Positions 8,752 through 18,511 of a DNA stretch of 64,000 bases are shown here, one piece after another. The stretch is from contig CAWFJP010000029.1 of assembly GCA_963816145.1 (NCBI GenBank), forward strand, positions 430,723 through 494,722, in the 5' to 3' direction. The translations under genes were made by a program, and so were the position numbers. This stretch comes from an uncultured delta proteobacterium. Lineage in GTDB: Bacteria > Desulfobacterota > Binatia > UBA9968. Every line of letters starts with the position of its first letter. Position 1 is the first letter of the stretch. Under the pieces are notes generated by a model that made no database searches, was not told the origin of the DNA, and saw nothing but the letters and a program-made list of their open reading frames with translations.

Positions 8752-9461
8752 GCGTCTTGCTTGAAGTCAAGAATTTGCATGTCCACTACGGCGCCATCGA
8801 AGCGGTCAAGGGCATCGATTTCTCCTTGGAATTGGGGCAGATTGCCACTTTGCTCGGGGCCAATGGCGCCGGCAAGTCGACCACGCTCCTGGCGCTGTCG
8901 GGCCTGGTCGACGCCAGCGACGGTTCCATCTTGTTTGATGGCAAGGAAATGCGCGGCCGGGCGCCGCACCAGATCGTCGATCTGGGCATGGTGCAGGTGG
9001 CCGAAGGGCGCGAGATTCTCACTACGCTGACGGTCCACGAAAATTTGCTACTGGGCGCCTATCGACGCCTGGATCGCGGCGAGATCGATTCTGATTTGGA
9101 CAAGATGTTGGTGCTCTTCCCGCGCTTGAAAGACCGTCTCGGCGGTGCCGCCGGCAACCTTTCCGGCGGCGAGCAGCAGATGCTCGCCATCGCGCGCGCC
9201 CTGATGGCGCGACCGCGCCTCTTGCTTTTGGACGAGCCGTCAATGGGTTTGGCACCGCTCCTCGTCCAGGAAATCTTTCGGACTCTGAAGCAACTTCGTG
9301 AGAGCGGATTGACGATCTTGCTGGTGGAGCAAAATGTCCGGCAGGCGCTCAAGATCGCCGAGCGTGGTTATGTCATGGAGAATGGCGCCATCGTGTTATC
9401 AGGGCGGAGCGACGACCTGCTGCACAATGATCAAGTGATCGCCGCTTACCTGGGTGGATGA
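8748..9461 (+). CDS. livF: LIV-type ABC transporter ATPase
   Basis: GANGAGKST, LSGGEQQMLAIARALM, DEPSMGLAP and LVEQN motifs. Confidence 0.93.
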   Translation: MSVLLEVKNLHVHYGAIEAVKGIDFSLELGQIATLLGANGAGKSTTLLALSGLVDASDGSILFDGKEMRGRAPHQIVDLGMVQVAEGREILTTLTVHENLLLGAYRRLDRGEIDSDLDKMLVLFPRLKDRLGGAAGNLSGGEQQMLAIARALMARPRLLLLDEPSMGLAPLLVQEIFRTLKQLRESGLTILLVEQNVRQALKIAERGYVMENGAIVLSGRSDDLLHNDQVIAAYLGG

Positions 9462-9724
9462 GTCCGCTCGAGTGATCGCCGGATGTCGTTTCGTCACAAA
9501 TAGGAAATCTTTTTTGGCTCAAGCAAAGCGGGGCAGTTGTTGCAGTTTCGGGAGCCTCAGGGGAGTTCATCGGGTTTCTAGCGGCTGGCGGAAAACTTAC
9601 AGGTTTGTTCTCAATTGTGCCGATCATCGCTATTTGTGCACTCTTCCTTCGGGCCGAATTTCTCGGTTTGTCCCATAGTTGCGCAGCTGTCAGATCCTGT
9701 CCCGGCAAATTTGCAGGGCATTTG

Positions 9725-9739
9725 TGGCATGGATTCTGC
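9725..9739 (+). promoter_or_regulatory. Sigma-54 (-24/-12) promoter
   Basis: TGGCATGGATTCTGC gives GG-N10-GC, 48 bp before the ATG of the HTH gene, at the end of a 325-bp intergenic region. Confidence 0.65.
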
Positions 9740-9786
9740 CTAATCCTGCGGTTAGAAATCTGGCCGCAATCGAAGGAGGAGTTTCC

Positions 9787-9990
9787 ATGGATGAAATTTT
9801 GACCGCAGGGGAAGTTGCCGAGTTGTTACAAATTCACCCTCGGACGGTTTATAAACTGGTCAAGCAGGGTTCGATTCCAGGCCGCAAGTTTGGCGGCGGA
9901 TGGCGTTTTAGCCGAACCGATATCCTGGCGATGGTCTCGCCCACGGGGCAACCGCCGGCGCCGCCCCAGTTGCACACCGAAGAGCGCTAG
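9787..9990 (+). CDS. Small excisionase-like (HTH_17) DNA-binding protein
   Basis: MDEILTAGEVAELLQIHPRTVYKLVKQGSIPGRKFGGGWRF; GAAGGAGG RBS. Confidence 0.9.
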   Translation: MDEILTAGEVAELLQIHPRTVYKLVKQGSIPGRKFGGGWRFSRTDILAMVSPTGQPPAPPQLHTEER

Positions 9991-10013
9991 TTTCCAGCAT
10001 CGAGTTTTCATCA

Positions 10014-10068
10014 AGAAGCCCTCCCGGATCGAGTCGCGTCGACTTCGAACGGGAGGGCTTCTATTTTT
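10014..10068 (+). terminator. Intrinsic terminator
   Basis: 13-bp stem AGAAGCCCTCCCG/CGGGAGGGCTTCT followed by ATTTTT. Confidence 0.8.
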
Positions 10069-10090
10069 CCTAACTCATCCCGATATCAAA

Positions 10091-10180
10091 AGATCCTAGT
10101 GGTTCAGTTCTGAAGTATTGTTGTCTTCGTTCGGGATGACGGCTACTCAGGTTTTGTCATTTCGAGCGCAGCGAGAAATC
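10091..10180. repeat. Degenerate CGTC-type REP-like pair
   Basis: agatcct...cttcgttcgggatgacg ... gtcatttcgagcgcagcgagaaatc. Confidence 0.6.
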
Positions 10181-10292
10181 GATCCAATCTGTGATCGGCG
10201 GAACAGGCTAAATGAAGCACGACCAAACTGTCGAGAGGCTTGCTTCCCTAACGCCAAGCAGCTAGGAAGATTGGATCAATCTATATCAAAGG

Positions 10293-11477
10293 ATGGCATC
10301 CATGGGTGGGGCACTGGCGGGCATTAGGATTATCGAGGCAGCAAGTTATGTTACCGGACCGTTTGCGTCGCAGCTGCTGGCGGACTTGGGCGCGGAGGTG
10401 ATCAAGGTCGAGGAGCCCAAGCGCGGCGATCCATTTCGCGGCTGGGGCGAGCGCAACTATGCGGCGACCTTTTGCAGTCTCAACCGCAACAAGAAAAGCG
10501 TGACGGTGGATTTCCGCACCGACGAGGGGCGCGATGTGCTGGTCAAGCTATTAACCGGCGCCGATGTGTTTATTCAAAACTTTCGCCCTGGCGTCTTGGA
10601 CAAGCGCGGTTTGGGCTACGGCGATATCAGAAAGCTCAACCCGAAAATAGTCTATTGCTCGATCTCGGGCTTCGGTCCCAAAGGGCCCTATCGCGACATG
10701 CCGGGCTACGACACCATCGGTCAGGCGCGCAGCGGCCTGTTGAGCTTGCTAACGGATCCAGGCAAGCCCCAAGGCATGGGCATATCATTTTCGGATCATC
10801 TGACCGGTATGTACGCCTGCTACGGCGTGTTGGGCGCGCTGATGAACCGCACGCTGACCGGCGAGGGACAGCATGTGGAGACCTCCTTGCTGCGTGCATC
10901 AGTGTCGTTTGTCGGCGAAAATGCGGCGCGCTATTTCGAGACCGGTCATGTGCCGCGGCGCAAGCATCGCACGACCACCGCCGGCGTGTTCGCCTTCGAA
11001 GACCAAGAAGGCTTGGCGTTCGTGTTGCATATGTCGTCGCCGGATAAGTTCTGGTTCGGCCTGTTCGACGTCGTTGGCAAGCCGGAATGGGCGCATGACC
11101 CGCGTTTCAACAATCGCAAAGCGCGAGTGGAAAACTACGATGCATTGAACGACCAGTTAGCGCCGATCTTTCGCGCCGGCAAGCGCGAAGATTGGCTGCG
11201 CCGGTTGATCGCCAGGGACGTGCCGGCGGCGCCGATCAACACCCTCGATGAAGTGTTCGCCGATCCGCAAGTGAGATCCTACGGCTTCCCCATTGAGGTC
11301 GAACATCCGCAGATGGGTAAAATGCAGCTTATCGGCAACGCCGTCGACATGAGCCGCACGCCGCCGACCATCGATCGGCCGCCGCCGGTGCTGGGCGAAC
11401 AGACCGAAGAGATTCTCGGCGCGCTGGGCTTGGATGCGCAAGCGATCGCGGATTTGCGCGCTAAGGGCGCGGTCTGA
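10293..11477 (+). CDS. CaiB/BaiF family III CoA transferase
   Basis: GPFASQLLADLGAEVIKVE, LNRNKKS, NFRPG and SISGFGPKGP motifs; conserved Asp in ISFSDH. Confidence 0.95.
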   Translation: MASMGGALAGIRIIEAASYVTGPFASQLLADLGAEVIKVEEPKRGDPFRGWGERNYAATFCSLNRNKKSVTVDFRTDEGRDVLVKLLTGADVFIQNFRPGVLDKRGLGYGDIRKLNPKIVYCSISGFGPKGPYRDMPGYDTIGQARSGLLSLLTDPGKPQGMGISFSDHLTGMYACYGVLGALMNRTLTGEGQHVETSLLRASVSFVGENAARYFETGHVPRRKHRTTTAGVFAFEDQEGLAFVLHMSSPDKFWFGLFDVVGKPEWAHDPRFNNRKARVENYDALNDQLAPIFRAGKREDWLRRLIARDVPAAPINTLDEVFADPQVRSYGFPIEVEHPQMGKMQLIGNAVDMSRTPPTIDRPPPVLGEQTEEILGALGLDAQAIADLRAKGAV

Positions 11478-11487
11478 GCGATGATTC

Positions 11488-11542
11488 GAGTGATTGGAGT
11501 GCTGGGTTATCCAGACCCACTACTCCAATCCATTGATACTCC
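11488..11542. repeat. 8-bp tandem-inverted element (GGAGTGAT / TACTCC), degenerate
   Basis: gagtgatt ggagtgct gg ... ccactactccaatccattgatactcc; same family as the element at 61611. Confidence 0.6.
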
Positions 11543-11543
11543 C

Positions 11544-12029
11544 ATGCGTCATCCCAGTTTAGTTCTTCTATCTCACGACCATCACCATGGTCTGGCATTG
11601 GCGTTGCGTTGTCGCAAACAGTCGCTTGGGCAGATCAAGCCTATGGGTGCCGAGGGGCTGCGCGCGCGCGCTCAAGAGTTTCTAGACTTTTATCGTGCCA
11701 ACCTTGTGGCCCATTTCAAAGCTGAAGAAGAAGTTTTGTTCCCGCTGATGCGCCAACAGGTGCTGGGCTGTGGTGTAATGATCGACCAGTTGGTGCGCGA
11801 TCATGAGCAGCTTCGCCGCTCGGTGCGGCAGCTTGAAGCGGGCACCGGCTTGGCAAAATTGATTTTTGACTTGGGCGATCTACTAGAACGCCATATCCGC
11901 AAGGAGGAGCGGGAACTCTTCCCACTCTTCGAAGCTCATGTCGACGAGGCTCAGGCTGAGGCAATGGGCTTGAAGATTAAGGAACAACTTGGCGATGGCC
12001 GCACGATAAGGATGAAGGATGAAGGATGA
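11544..12029 (+). CDS. Hemerythrin (HHE) domain protein
   Basis: LSHDHHH, HFKAEEEVLFP, DHEQL and HIRKEERELFP motifs. Confidence 0.88.
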   Translation: MRHPSLVLLSHDHHHGLALALRCRKQSLGQIKPMGAEGLRARAQEFLDFYRANLVAHFKAEEEVLFPLMRQQVLGCGVMIDQLVRDHEQLRRSVRQLEAGTGLAKLIFDLGDLLERHIRKEERELFPLFEAHVDEAQAEAMGLKIKEQLGDGRTIRMKDEG

Positions 12030-12074
12030 AGGAAGCTCTTACACTTCGCCCCTCATCCTTCCGCCTTTATCCTT
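12008..12074. repeat. 7-bp tandem-inverted element (AAGGATG x3 ... CATCCTT/CCGCCTT/TATCCTT)
   Basis: Direct reading; lies between convergent genes and is followed by a T-run. Confidence 0.8.
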
Positions 12075-12078
12075 TTTT

Positions 12079-12432
12079 TTAGTCCATTAACTTCAACAAA
12101 ACATGGCGGCGATTTTTCGTGTGCGGCCGCACTTGAGCGGGCCAGCGGCCGTCTTCGATGGCTTTGTCCCAGGCTGGGCTGGTGAGCACGTCGGGGCTTT
12201 CCAGTTCGTAGATCGCCGTATAGGTCGGTTCGTTTGGGATCTCGATGGTTTTGCGCTCGCCACCGATATTCATCGTTAGCGTCCCCCGTTTGTAGCGCGA
12301 AACGCCGAGAACGCCCGGAACCTTGAGCAGGTTGGGCACATGCTCTTGGTCGTAGACTTCGTTAAAGATCGCGTCATGTTCCGCGTCGACATCCATGCTG
12401 GCGATCATTAAGTATTTTGCTTTGCCTGCCAT
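12079..12432 (-). CDS. Dimeric alpha+beta barrel protein (DUF4286/EthD-like)
   Basis: FNEVYDQEHVPNLLKVPGV and YTAIYEL motifs; GAGGAG RBS. Confidence 0.75.
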   Translation of the reverse strand: MAGKAKYLMIASMDVDAEHDAIFNEVYDQEHVPNLLKVPGVLGVSRYKRGTLTMNIGGERKTIEIPNEPTYTAIYELESPDVLTSPAWDKAIEDGRWPAQVRPHTKNRRHVLLKLMD

Positions 12433-12488
12433 GTTTTTCTCCTCGTGCGGCGATTTTAAAGATAGGATAATTAGATTCAGAGAATGGA

Positions 12489-12560
12489 TTCACCACAGAG
12501 CCGCAGAGCACAACAAGAATAACAATTTAATCTCTGCGAACTCAGCGCCTCTGCGGTAAA
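12489..12560. repeat. Tandem-inverted element (TTCACCACAGAG ... CTCTGCGGTAAA)
   Basis: caccacagag ccgcagag ... ctctgcgaa ctcagcgc ctctgcggtaaa. Confidence 0.8.
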
Positions 12561-12579
12561 GATTCTCGTCAAAGGTTCT

Positions 12580-12942
12580 CTACATGCCCAAGAAGCTGCC
12601 GAGCTCCGGCGCCGGCGATTTGATCTCGACGACGATGGACTCTTCGATGCCCTCGACTCCATGAGGCACACCCTTGGGGTGGCGGCAGACATCGCCGGGG
12701 CCAAGGATAAATTCTTCCTTGCCCACGGTCATTTTGACTTTGCCCTTGACCACGTAGGCCAGTGATTCGTGGTTGTGCACATGCAGCGGCGCGCCGACGC
12801 CAGGGGTGTAATGGATTTCCAGAAACGTCATTTCATCGCCGGTGATGAGCGGTTTCACTAGCAAATCGCCGCCATACATTGGCTTGCCTTCGATGGCTTT
12901 GACGGTGATCGCTTTGACATCGGCGTTTTTCGATAGAATCAT
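12580..12942 (-). CDS. Cupin domain protein
   Basis: PLHVHNHESLAYVVKG and PGD...HPKGVPHG motifs. Confidence 0.9.
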   Translation of the reverse strand: MILSKNADVKAITVKAIEGKPMYGGDLLVKPLITGDEMTFLEIHYTPGVGAPLHVHNHESLAYVVKGKVKMTVGKEEFILGPGDVCRHPKGVPHGVEGIEESIVVEIKSPAPELGSFLGM

Positions 12943-13106
12943 TTGCGCTCCTTCATCGGCTGTGGGGGATGGTATTAGGACTGGGCGGATTCTAACGATG
13001 GGGCGAATTCAAGTCAATGTGACGGAGCCAGAGACAACAGGTCTCCTCGCCTTTCTCATCAATCCTTGATAGGTGCAAAATAGCAAGAGATTCACTGGAG
13101 GGACTC

Positions 13107-13946
13107 ATGTTGGTGCAGGCTTTGGATCATTTTGTCGTGCCGGTTAACGATATCGTTGTCGCCGAGGATTTTTACGTCCAGGTGTTCGGCGGCAAGATTG
13201 TCAAACGCAACGGTCTCAATGTCAAAACCCAGGTTCTGGGAGCGCATACATTCATGGAAATCGCCGGCAAACGCATTGGCGTTTACCTGCAAAAAGAGGA
13301 ACGTGGCCAGGCCATCGCGACCCGCGGCACACCGACCTATTCGTTTACCACCACCAAGCATGGCATCGAAGAGGTGATGGATGCGCTGGAGCGGTGCAAG
13401 ATCGTTTTCGAAGGTCCGCAAAAAAACAGCCATCCGTTCGCCACGACCACCCTGTTTTTTGCCGACCCGGCGGGCAATAACTTCGCGGTCTATGTGCCGA
13501 GCATCGATGGCCAAAACACGGCCGCGACGGATGGGCGCCTAACCGGGGTAGGTTATTTGGAATTGGAGGCGCCCAAACTCGATGATTCGATCAAGTTTTA
13601 CGAAGCGGTTTTGGGCTTCGAGTTACTTAGCCGCGGCCAAGACGCCAAGAGCAAGCGCAATCAGACCGCCATGCGCATGGCCAGCGGGCAACACTTGATT
13701 CTCACCGAAGCGCCATTCGCTCCCAAGGGTTATCCGATGAGCCGGAAAATCCCCGGCCCACACCTCGGTTTCTACGTCGCGCCGCAACAGTGGCGCGACG
13801 CGTTGGCCCAACTCGACCGCCTCGGCATTCCCAACGGCGACCGCGGCGAAGAGGCCAAAGGGCGCCATCCTGGCGGCACCGCCGGGACTTACATGGACGA
13901 TCCTGCGGGTTACGTGATTCAGTATATTACCGAGGGTATGCAGTGA
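13107..13946 (+). CDS. Two-domain VOC/glyoxalase family protein
   Basis: LDHFVVPVND..AEDFY, FFADPAGN, FYEAVLGF, HLGF and YMDDPAG motifs. Confidence 0.85.
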   Translation: MLVQALDHFVVPVNDIVVAEDFYVQVFGGKIVKRNGLNVKTQVLGAHTFMEIAGKRIGVYLQKEERGQAIATRGTPTYSFTTTKHGIEEVMDALERCKIVFEGPQKNSHPFATTTLFFADPAGNNFAVYVPSIDGQNTAATDGRLTGVGYLELEAPKLDDSIKFYEAVLGFELLSRGQDAKSKRNQTAMRMASGQHLILTEAPFAPKGYPMSRKIPGPHLGFYVAPQQWRDALAQLDRLGIPNGDRGEEAKGRHPGGTAGTYMDDPAGYVIQYITEGMQ

Positions 13947-13973
13947 CACGGTTGCGGCGCGCTGAAGAGAGCT

Positions 13974-14345
13974 TCAAGCTTTGCTGGTGGGAGACGTCAA
14001 GCGCCATCGGCCGTAGGCGACGAATACAGAGAGCCCTCCGGTCATGAGCGGAATGAGTGCCGTTGCGATATCACCAATGATCATAGTTACCACGGTCGCC
14101 CCGATCATGATGACGCTCAACCCAGCGGCGGCAAGCGGCGTGAGGCCGGGACGAACTCTGAAAAGCCAGGGAAGGATCAAACCTATGGCGCCGAGCAATT
14201 CCGCTACCCCAATGAAGCGGAGAAACCAGCCGGGCATGGCGATCTGCTTGGTCATTTCCTCGATGGGCGTGATCAACTTCATGCCGCCGGCGAATAGAAA
14301 AAGCGCGGCGAGCAATGCTTGGATAATCCACAAAGCAATGTTCAT
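13974..14345 (-). CDS. DoxX family membrane protein
   Basis: LWIIQALLAALFLFAGGMK, IGVAELLGAIGLILP and PLAAAGL motifs. Confidence 0.9.
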   Translation of the reverse strand: MNIALWIIQALLAALFLFAGGMKLITPIEEMTKQIAMPGWFLRFIGVAELLGAIGLILPWLFRVRPGLTPLAAAGLSVIMIGATVVTMIIGDIATALIPLMTGGLSVFVAYGRWRLTSPTSKA

Positions 14346-14429
14346 GATGGGTTTCCTTTCGTGGCGATTGTACCCTGTTAAGCGTTGTTAAATTCCGGTA
14401 GTGGTTCACTTCGAGAGGGCCACAGGTCT

Positions 14430-14511
14430 TCATCCTGAGGAAGCGTGCTCGCTTCGCGTGAGATGACAGCAGAATAGTCGATTTGTCATCTCGAACGAAG
14501 TGAGAGATCTC
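14430..14511. repeat. CGTC-type REP-like pair
   Basis: tcatcctgag...gagatgaca ... tgtcatctcgaacgaagtgagagatctc. Confidence 0.65.
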
Positions 14512-14569
14512 GGTGTAACTGAACCGCTACATAAATTCCACGGCCTGTTTAGTAGACGGCACTCGGGTA

Positions 14570-15109
14570 TTATTGTTTGCCGATTGTCTCCGCCACTGAT
14601 TTCAATTGTGCCAAGCCCTTTTCGAAATCGGCGCCGACCAGTTTGTCCATGTTCATCAAAAGTCCGAAGGCCTTGGCTATAAAATTGTTCGTGCCGAACA
14701 TGCTCCAGGTTACTGTTGTTTGATTGCCATCGGGTTTGAAGCTGAACTCAGCGGTGTTAGTCGCGGCAAACGGTTTGAGGAATTCGAGCTTAATGCGGAT
14801 GAGTTCATTCGGCTGGCTTTCCGTCAACGTCATTCGTCCCTCTCCAACTTGATCGTTGCCGGACCACGAGTAGCTCGCGCCGACGCCGGCGGATGCTCCC
14901 GCGAATGACTGCTTCATATTCGGGTCGAGTTTTGCCCAGGGCGACCAGCCATCCCATTTGTGGAAATCGTTGACCTGCTCGAACACCGTCGCTGCGGGTG
15001 CGTTGATCGACGTTGAGCGCACAATACGAAAATCGGGCGGCTGCAAGGCGATGACAACGGCCAAGGCGGCGAGAATTGCGAGCAGAGCGATAAGAACTTT
15101 CTTGAGCAT
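14570..15109 (-). CDS. SRPBCC/polyketide cyclase family protein with N-terminal anchor
   Basis: RSTSINAP, WSPW..LDP, GVGASYSW and DFEKGLAQLK motifs. Confidence 0.9.
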   Translation of the reverse strand: MLKKVLIALLAILAALAVVIALQPPDFRIVRSTSINAPAATVFEQVNDFHKWDGWSPWAKLDPNMKQSFAGASAGVGASYSWSGNDQVGEGRMTLTESQPNELIRIKLEFLKPFAATNTAEFSFKPDGNQTTVTWSMFGTNNFIAKAFGLLMNMDKLVGADFEKGLAQLKSVAETIGKQ

Positions 15110-15118
15110 AAGTTGTAT

Positions 15119-15174
15119 CTTCGTGGTTAGAAATTCCCCGTGTCTCCGAAACGTTGAACCTTGAATCTTCGAAC
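15119..15174. repeat. Remnant tandem-repeat arms (CTTCGTGGTTA; TTGAAC-type 7-mers)
   Basis: cttcgtggtta ... tccgaaac gttgaac cttgaat cttcgaac. Confidence 0.5.
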
Positions 15175-15179
15175 GAGCC

Positions 15180-15476
15180 CTATCCCCCCGCGATCGCACC
15201 GATAATCATGAACGGCGCCGCGCCGGTGGCAATTGCATCGGGCAACAAGGCGTCCGGTGGCTCATGGGAAAGATCCTGCCCGCAGGCGAAGAAGCGCACG
15301 AAGGCGCGGCGGTTTTGCGTGACATGATCGCGGATCGTGCCGTGCAGCATCGGATAGCGCGCTTCGAGGGCGTCGAGCACGCTGCGTTGGGTGACTCGGC
15401 CGGTGACTTCGAGCTGTACTTCGCCGTCGACCTGCGCCAACTTGCGCAAGTGCGCGGGCAGCGTGACGCGGATCAT
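15180..15476 (-). CDS. MoaD/ThiS ubiquitin-like protein
   Basis: [10 protein letters not shown]...[13 protein letters not shown]...RFF; C-terminal AIAGG; ATGA overlap with the upstream gene. Confidence 0.9.
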   Translation of the reverse strand: MIRVTLPAHLRKLAQVDGEVQLEVTGRVTQRSVLDALEARYPMLHGTIRDHVTQNRRAFVRFFACGQDLSHEPPDALLPDAIATGAAPFMIIGAIAGG

Positions 15477-16660
15477 GGCAGCGTCTGAACCTCCACCGAG
15501 ACTACCGCCGGCAGATCGCGCACGATCGGCGCCCAACTATCGCCGGCGTCGGCAGAGGCGTACACCTGACCGCCGGTGGTGCCGAAGTAGACGCCGCACT
15601 TATCGAGCGAATCGACGGCCATGGCATCTCGGAGCACATTGACGTAGCAGTCGCTTTGGGGCAGGCCCTTGGTCAGCGCCTCCCAATCGTTGCCGCCCGT
15701 CCGGCTGCGATAGACCCGCAGTTTGCCGTCCGGCGGGAAATGCTCCGAGTCGCTCTTGATCGGCACGACATAGATCGTTTCCGGTTCATGGGCATGCACG
15801 TCGATGACGAAGCCGAAGTCGGTGGGCAGGTTGCCACTGACTTCATGCCAAGAGTCGCCGGCGTCGTCGCTGCGCATGACGTCCCAGTGTTTTTGCATGA
15901 ACAGTACGTTTGGCCGCAACGAATTCATGGCGATGCGGTGAACGCAGTGGCCAATCTCCGCAGTTGGATCGGGGATGTAAAGGGAATGCAAGCCGCGATT
16001 GATCGGCTTCCATGTATTGCCGCCATCGTCGCTGCGAAACGCCCCCGCGGACGAAATCGCAATGACGATTCGCTTCGAATTGCTGGGATCGAGAATAATC
16101 GTGTGCAGACACATCCCGCCGGCGCCGGGCTGCCACGCGGATCCAGTGCCGTGACCGCGCAAAGCGGATAATTCCTGCCAGGATTTTCCCCCATCGGTGC
16201 TGCGGAACAGGGCCGCATCCTCAACGCCGGCATAGACCGTTTCCGGATCGTTAAGCGAGGGTTCGAGATGCCAGACACGCTTGAATTCCCACGGATGCGG
16301 CGTGCCGTCGTACCATTGGTGCGTTGTCAGCGGTTTGCCGGTTTCCGCCGACGTGTCATATACGAATTTGTTGCTTTCGCCCTTGGGCGTTCCATCCGGA
16401 GCCGTGGTGGGTTCCCCCGCAGGCGTGCCCGGTTGGTGCCAGCTCTTGCCGCCGTCATCCGATCGCTGGATAATCTGGCCGAACCAACTGCTCGATTGCG
16501 ATGCGTAGATTCGATTGGGATCCACGCTGGACCCCTTGAGATGATAAATCTCCCAGCCCGCGAAATGGGGCCCGCTGATTTGCCAGTTTTGCCGCTTTCC
16601 GTCCGAACTCAGGATGAAAGCCCCTTTGCGTGTGCCGACCAAAACTCTTACGCTGCTCAT
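15473..16660 (-). CDS. BNR/Asp-box repeat beta-propeller protein (sialidase-like fold)
   Basis: VLVGTRKG and repeated SxDxGxxW Asp boxes ([40 protein letters not shown]). Confidence 0.9.
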   Translation of the reverse strand: MSSVRVLVGTRKGAFILSSDGKRQNWQISGPHFAGWEIYHLKGSSVDPNRIYASQSSSWFGQIIQRSDDGGKSWHQPGTPAGEPTTAPDGTPKGESNKFVYDTSAETGKPLTTHQWYDGTPHPWEFKRVWHLEPSLNDPETVYAGVEDAALFRSTDGGKSWQELSALRGHGTGSAWQPGAGGMCLHTIILDPSNSKRIVIAISSAGAFRSDDGGNTWKPINRGLHSLYIPDPTAEIGHCVHRIAMNSLRPNVLFMQKHWDVMRSDDAGDSWHEVSGNLPTDFGFVIDVHAHEPETIYVVPIKSDSEHFPPDGKLRVYRSRTGGNDWEALTKGLPQSDCYVNVLRDAMAVDSLDKCGVYFGTTGGQVYASADAGDSWAPIVRDLPAVVSVEVQTLP

Positions 16661-16682
16661 AGATTTTCCTTTCCGTTGTAAA

Positions 16683-17042
16683 TTAGACCATTGGTAAGCC
16701 GGGAATTTCAATGACCGGTCGAACTTCTACCGTGCCCTTGCGCGCCATCGGAATCCGGGCGGCGAGGCCAAGCGCTTCGTCGAGATCCTTGGCGTCGATC
16801 AAAAAGTATCCGCCCAACTGTTCGCGCGTCTCGGCGAATGGACCGTCGGTCACCAAGCGTTTGCCGTCGCGCACTCGGACACTGGTAGCCATCGACGTCG
16901 GGTGCAGCGGATTTGCGCTTAGATACTTGCCGTTTGCATGGATCTCTTGGGCGAGCTGCGTCGACTCGGCGTAACATTCCTGCCGTTCGGCTTCGCTCAA
17001 AGGATTTTGCTCATTCAGGTAAATTAACAACATGTATTTCAT
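16683..17042 (-). CDS. YciI/DGPF family protein
   Basis: MKYMLLIY...[14 protein letters not shown]...VEVRP. Confidence 0.93.
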   Translation of the reverse strand: MKYMLLIYLNEQNPLSEAERQECYAESTQLAQEIHANGKYLSANPLHPTSMATSVRVRDGKRLVTDGPFAETREQLGGYFLIDAKDLDEALGLAARIPMARKGTVEVRPVIEIPGLPMV

Positions 17043-17097
17043 CTCAGTGTCTCCGTTTCATGAACCGCGCAAGTATCTCTCAGGGGGGCCCGTTGGT

Positions 17098-17571
17098 CTA
17101 TTCCCCCTTAAACGCCCGCGTTAGAGTTTCGATGTCAATTTTGTTCATTTGCATCATTGCCGCCATGACTCTCGCCGATTTAGCCGCATCTTTGTCTTGT
17201 AACATTTCGACCAGCGCGGACGGAACAACTTGCCACGACAGGCCGAATTTATCTTTGAGCCAACCGCACTGGCTTTTTTGACCGCCGTCGGACAATCTCT
17301 CCCAGAGTTCATCGACTTCTGTCTGCGTTTTGCAGTCCACCGACAGGGATATGGCTTCGTTGAATTTGAATATCGGCCCGCCGTTCAACGCGATGAACTC
17401 CTGGCCTTCGAGTTCAAACGCGATGGTCAGCACTGATCCCTTCGGGCCCGGCCCGGATTCACCGCAGCGCAAGACTTTGCCAATTTTGGAGTTTTTGAAA
17501 ATGGCGCAGTAGTGGTTGACCGCCTCTTCCGCGTTGTAATCGAACCATAGGCATGGGGTAATTTTCTGCAT
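17098..17571 (-). CDS. VOC/PhnB-like protein (3-dmu-9 3-methyltransferase family)
   Basis: [13 protein letters not shown] and [14 protein letters not shown] motifs. Confidence 0.92.
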   Translation of the reverse strand: MQKITPCLWFDYNAEEAVNHYCAIFKNSKIGKVLRCGESGPGPKGSVLTIAFELEGQEFIALNGGPIFKFNEAISLSVDCKTQTEVDELWERLSDGGQKSQCGWLKDKFGLSWQVVPSALVEMLQDKDAAKSARVMAAMMQMNKIDIETLTRAFKGE

Positions 17572-17579
17572 AGGGTCTC

Positions 17580-17948
17580 CTATCGTTCTCCGGGCAAGCC
17601 GGAAATTTCCCGCAAGGGGCGCACTTCGACGGTGCCGATGCGTGCGCCTGGCACCCGGGCGGCGATTTGCGTCGCTTCGTTAAGATCCTTGGCGTCGATT
17701 AGGAAATAACCGGCGATCTGTTCGCGGGTCTCGATGAACGGCCCGTCGGTGACCATCGGTTTACCTTCGCGCACCCGAACGATGACCGCCGTCGCCGCCG
17801 GCTGCAGCGGCGAAGCGCTCAGATATTGCCGCTTGGTGTGAAGCTGGTGCGTGAGCGCGACGGATTCGTGGAGCATTTGCTGTTGTTTCTCCTTAGTGAT
17901 CTTGTCGAACGCCACTTCATCGTGATGAACCAGCAACATGAATTTCAT
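17580..17948 (-). CDS. YciI/DGPF family protein
   Basis: MKFMLLV...[14 protein letters not shown]...VEVRP. Confidence 0.93.
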   Translation of the reverse strand: MKFMLLVHHDEVAFDKITKEKQQQMLHESVALTHQLHTKRQYLSASPLQPAATAVIVRVREGKPMVTDGPFIETREQIAGYFLIDAKDLNEATQIAARVPGARIGTVEVRPLREISGLPGER

Positions 17949-17976
17949 AAATCTATCTCCAGCCGTGCAGGGTCAC

Positions 17977-18387
17977 TCAGGGCGCCACAGTGACCATCCA
18001 GCCAACGCCGAAACGGTCGGCGACCATGCCGAAGCAAGGTGACCAGAATGTCTTGGTTAGCGGCATCCGCACCTGTCCGCCATCGCTAAGTGCCTCAAAA
18101 ACGCGCTTGGCTTCCGCCTCGTTGGCTACGGCCAGCGACAATGAGAAACCCTGAAAATTAAGCCCCTCGCTGCCACCGTCGGAGGCCATGATATTTGCGT
18201 TACCGACACGCAAATGGCTGTGCATGATTTTGTTATCCCAACCCGCCGGCACCATGCCGGGTGGTGGCGGTTCCGGGCTATCTTTGTAGCGCATCAGCAT
18301 CGATACTTCGGCGCCCAGAGCGTTCTGGTAAAACTCGATCGCCTCTTGGCAATGTCCGTTGAAAAATAGATAGGGTTCGATTGTCAT
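17977..18387 (-). CDS. VOC/PhnB family protein
   Basis: PYLFFNG, IMHS and TFWSPCFGMVADRFGVGWMV motifs. Confidence 0.92.
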   Translation of the reverse strand: MTIEPYLFFNGHCQEAIEFYQNALGAEVSMLMRYKDSPEPPPPGMVPAGWDNKIMHSHLRVGNANIMASDGGSEGLNFQGFSLSLAVANEAEAKRVFEALSDGGQVRMPLTKTFWSPCFGMVADRFGVGWMVTVAP

Positions 18388-18475
18388 GGCATTCCCTCCT
18401 GTCGGTTTGGTGTTAGCCGGTACTTCCCGTTTTAGCGTTATGCGATCATGGTTATTTTGGCGCGGTCATGGAGTA

Positions 18476-18502
18476 GTCGTTCGGCCCAGCCGCAAATCGA
18501 CA
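18476..18502 (-). promoter_or_regulatory. ECF42-type promoter TGTCGA-N17-CGAC
   Basis: Minus strand reads TGTCGA tttgcggctgggccgaa CGAC, between the sigma gene and the VOC/DGPF cluster. Confidence 0.7.
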
Positions 18503-18511
18503 ACCGGCAAA

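Noticed and set aside
9787-9990. Excisionase as a sign of a prophage or ICE
   Set aside because: No integrase, att-like duplication or phage genes nearby.
13067-13080. FNR-like site TTGAT-N4-GCAAA between the cupin and VOC genes
   Set aside because: The second half-site is a poor match and there is no supporting context.
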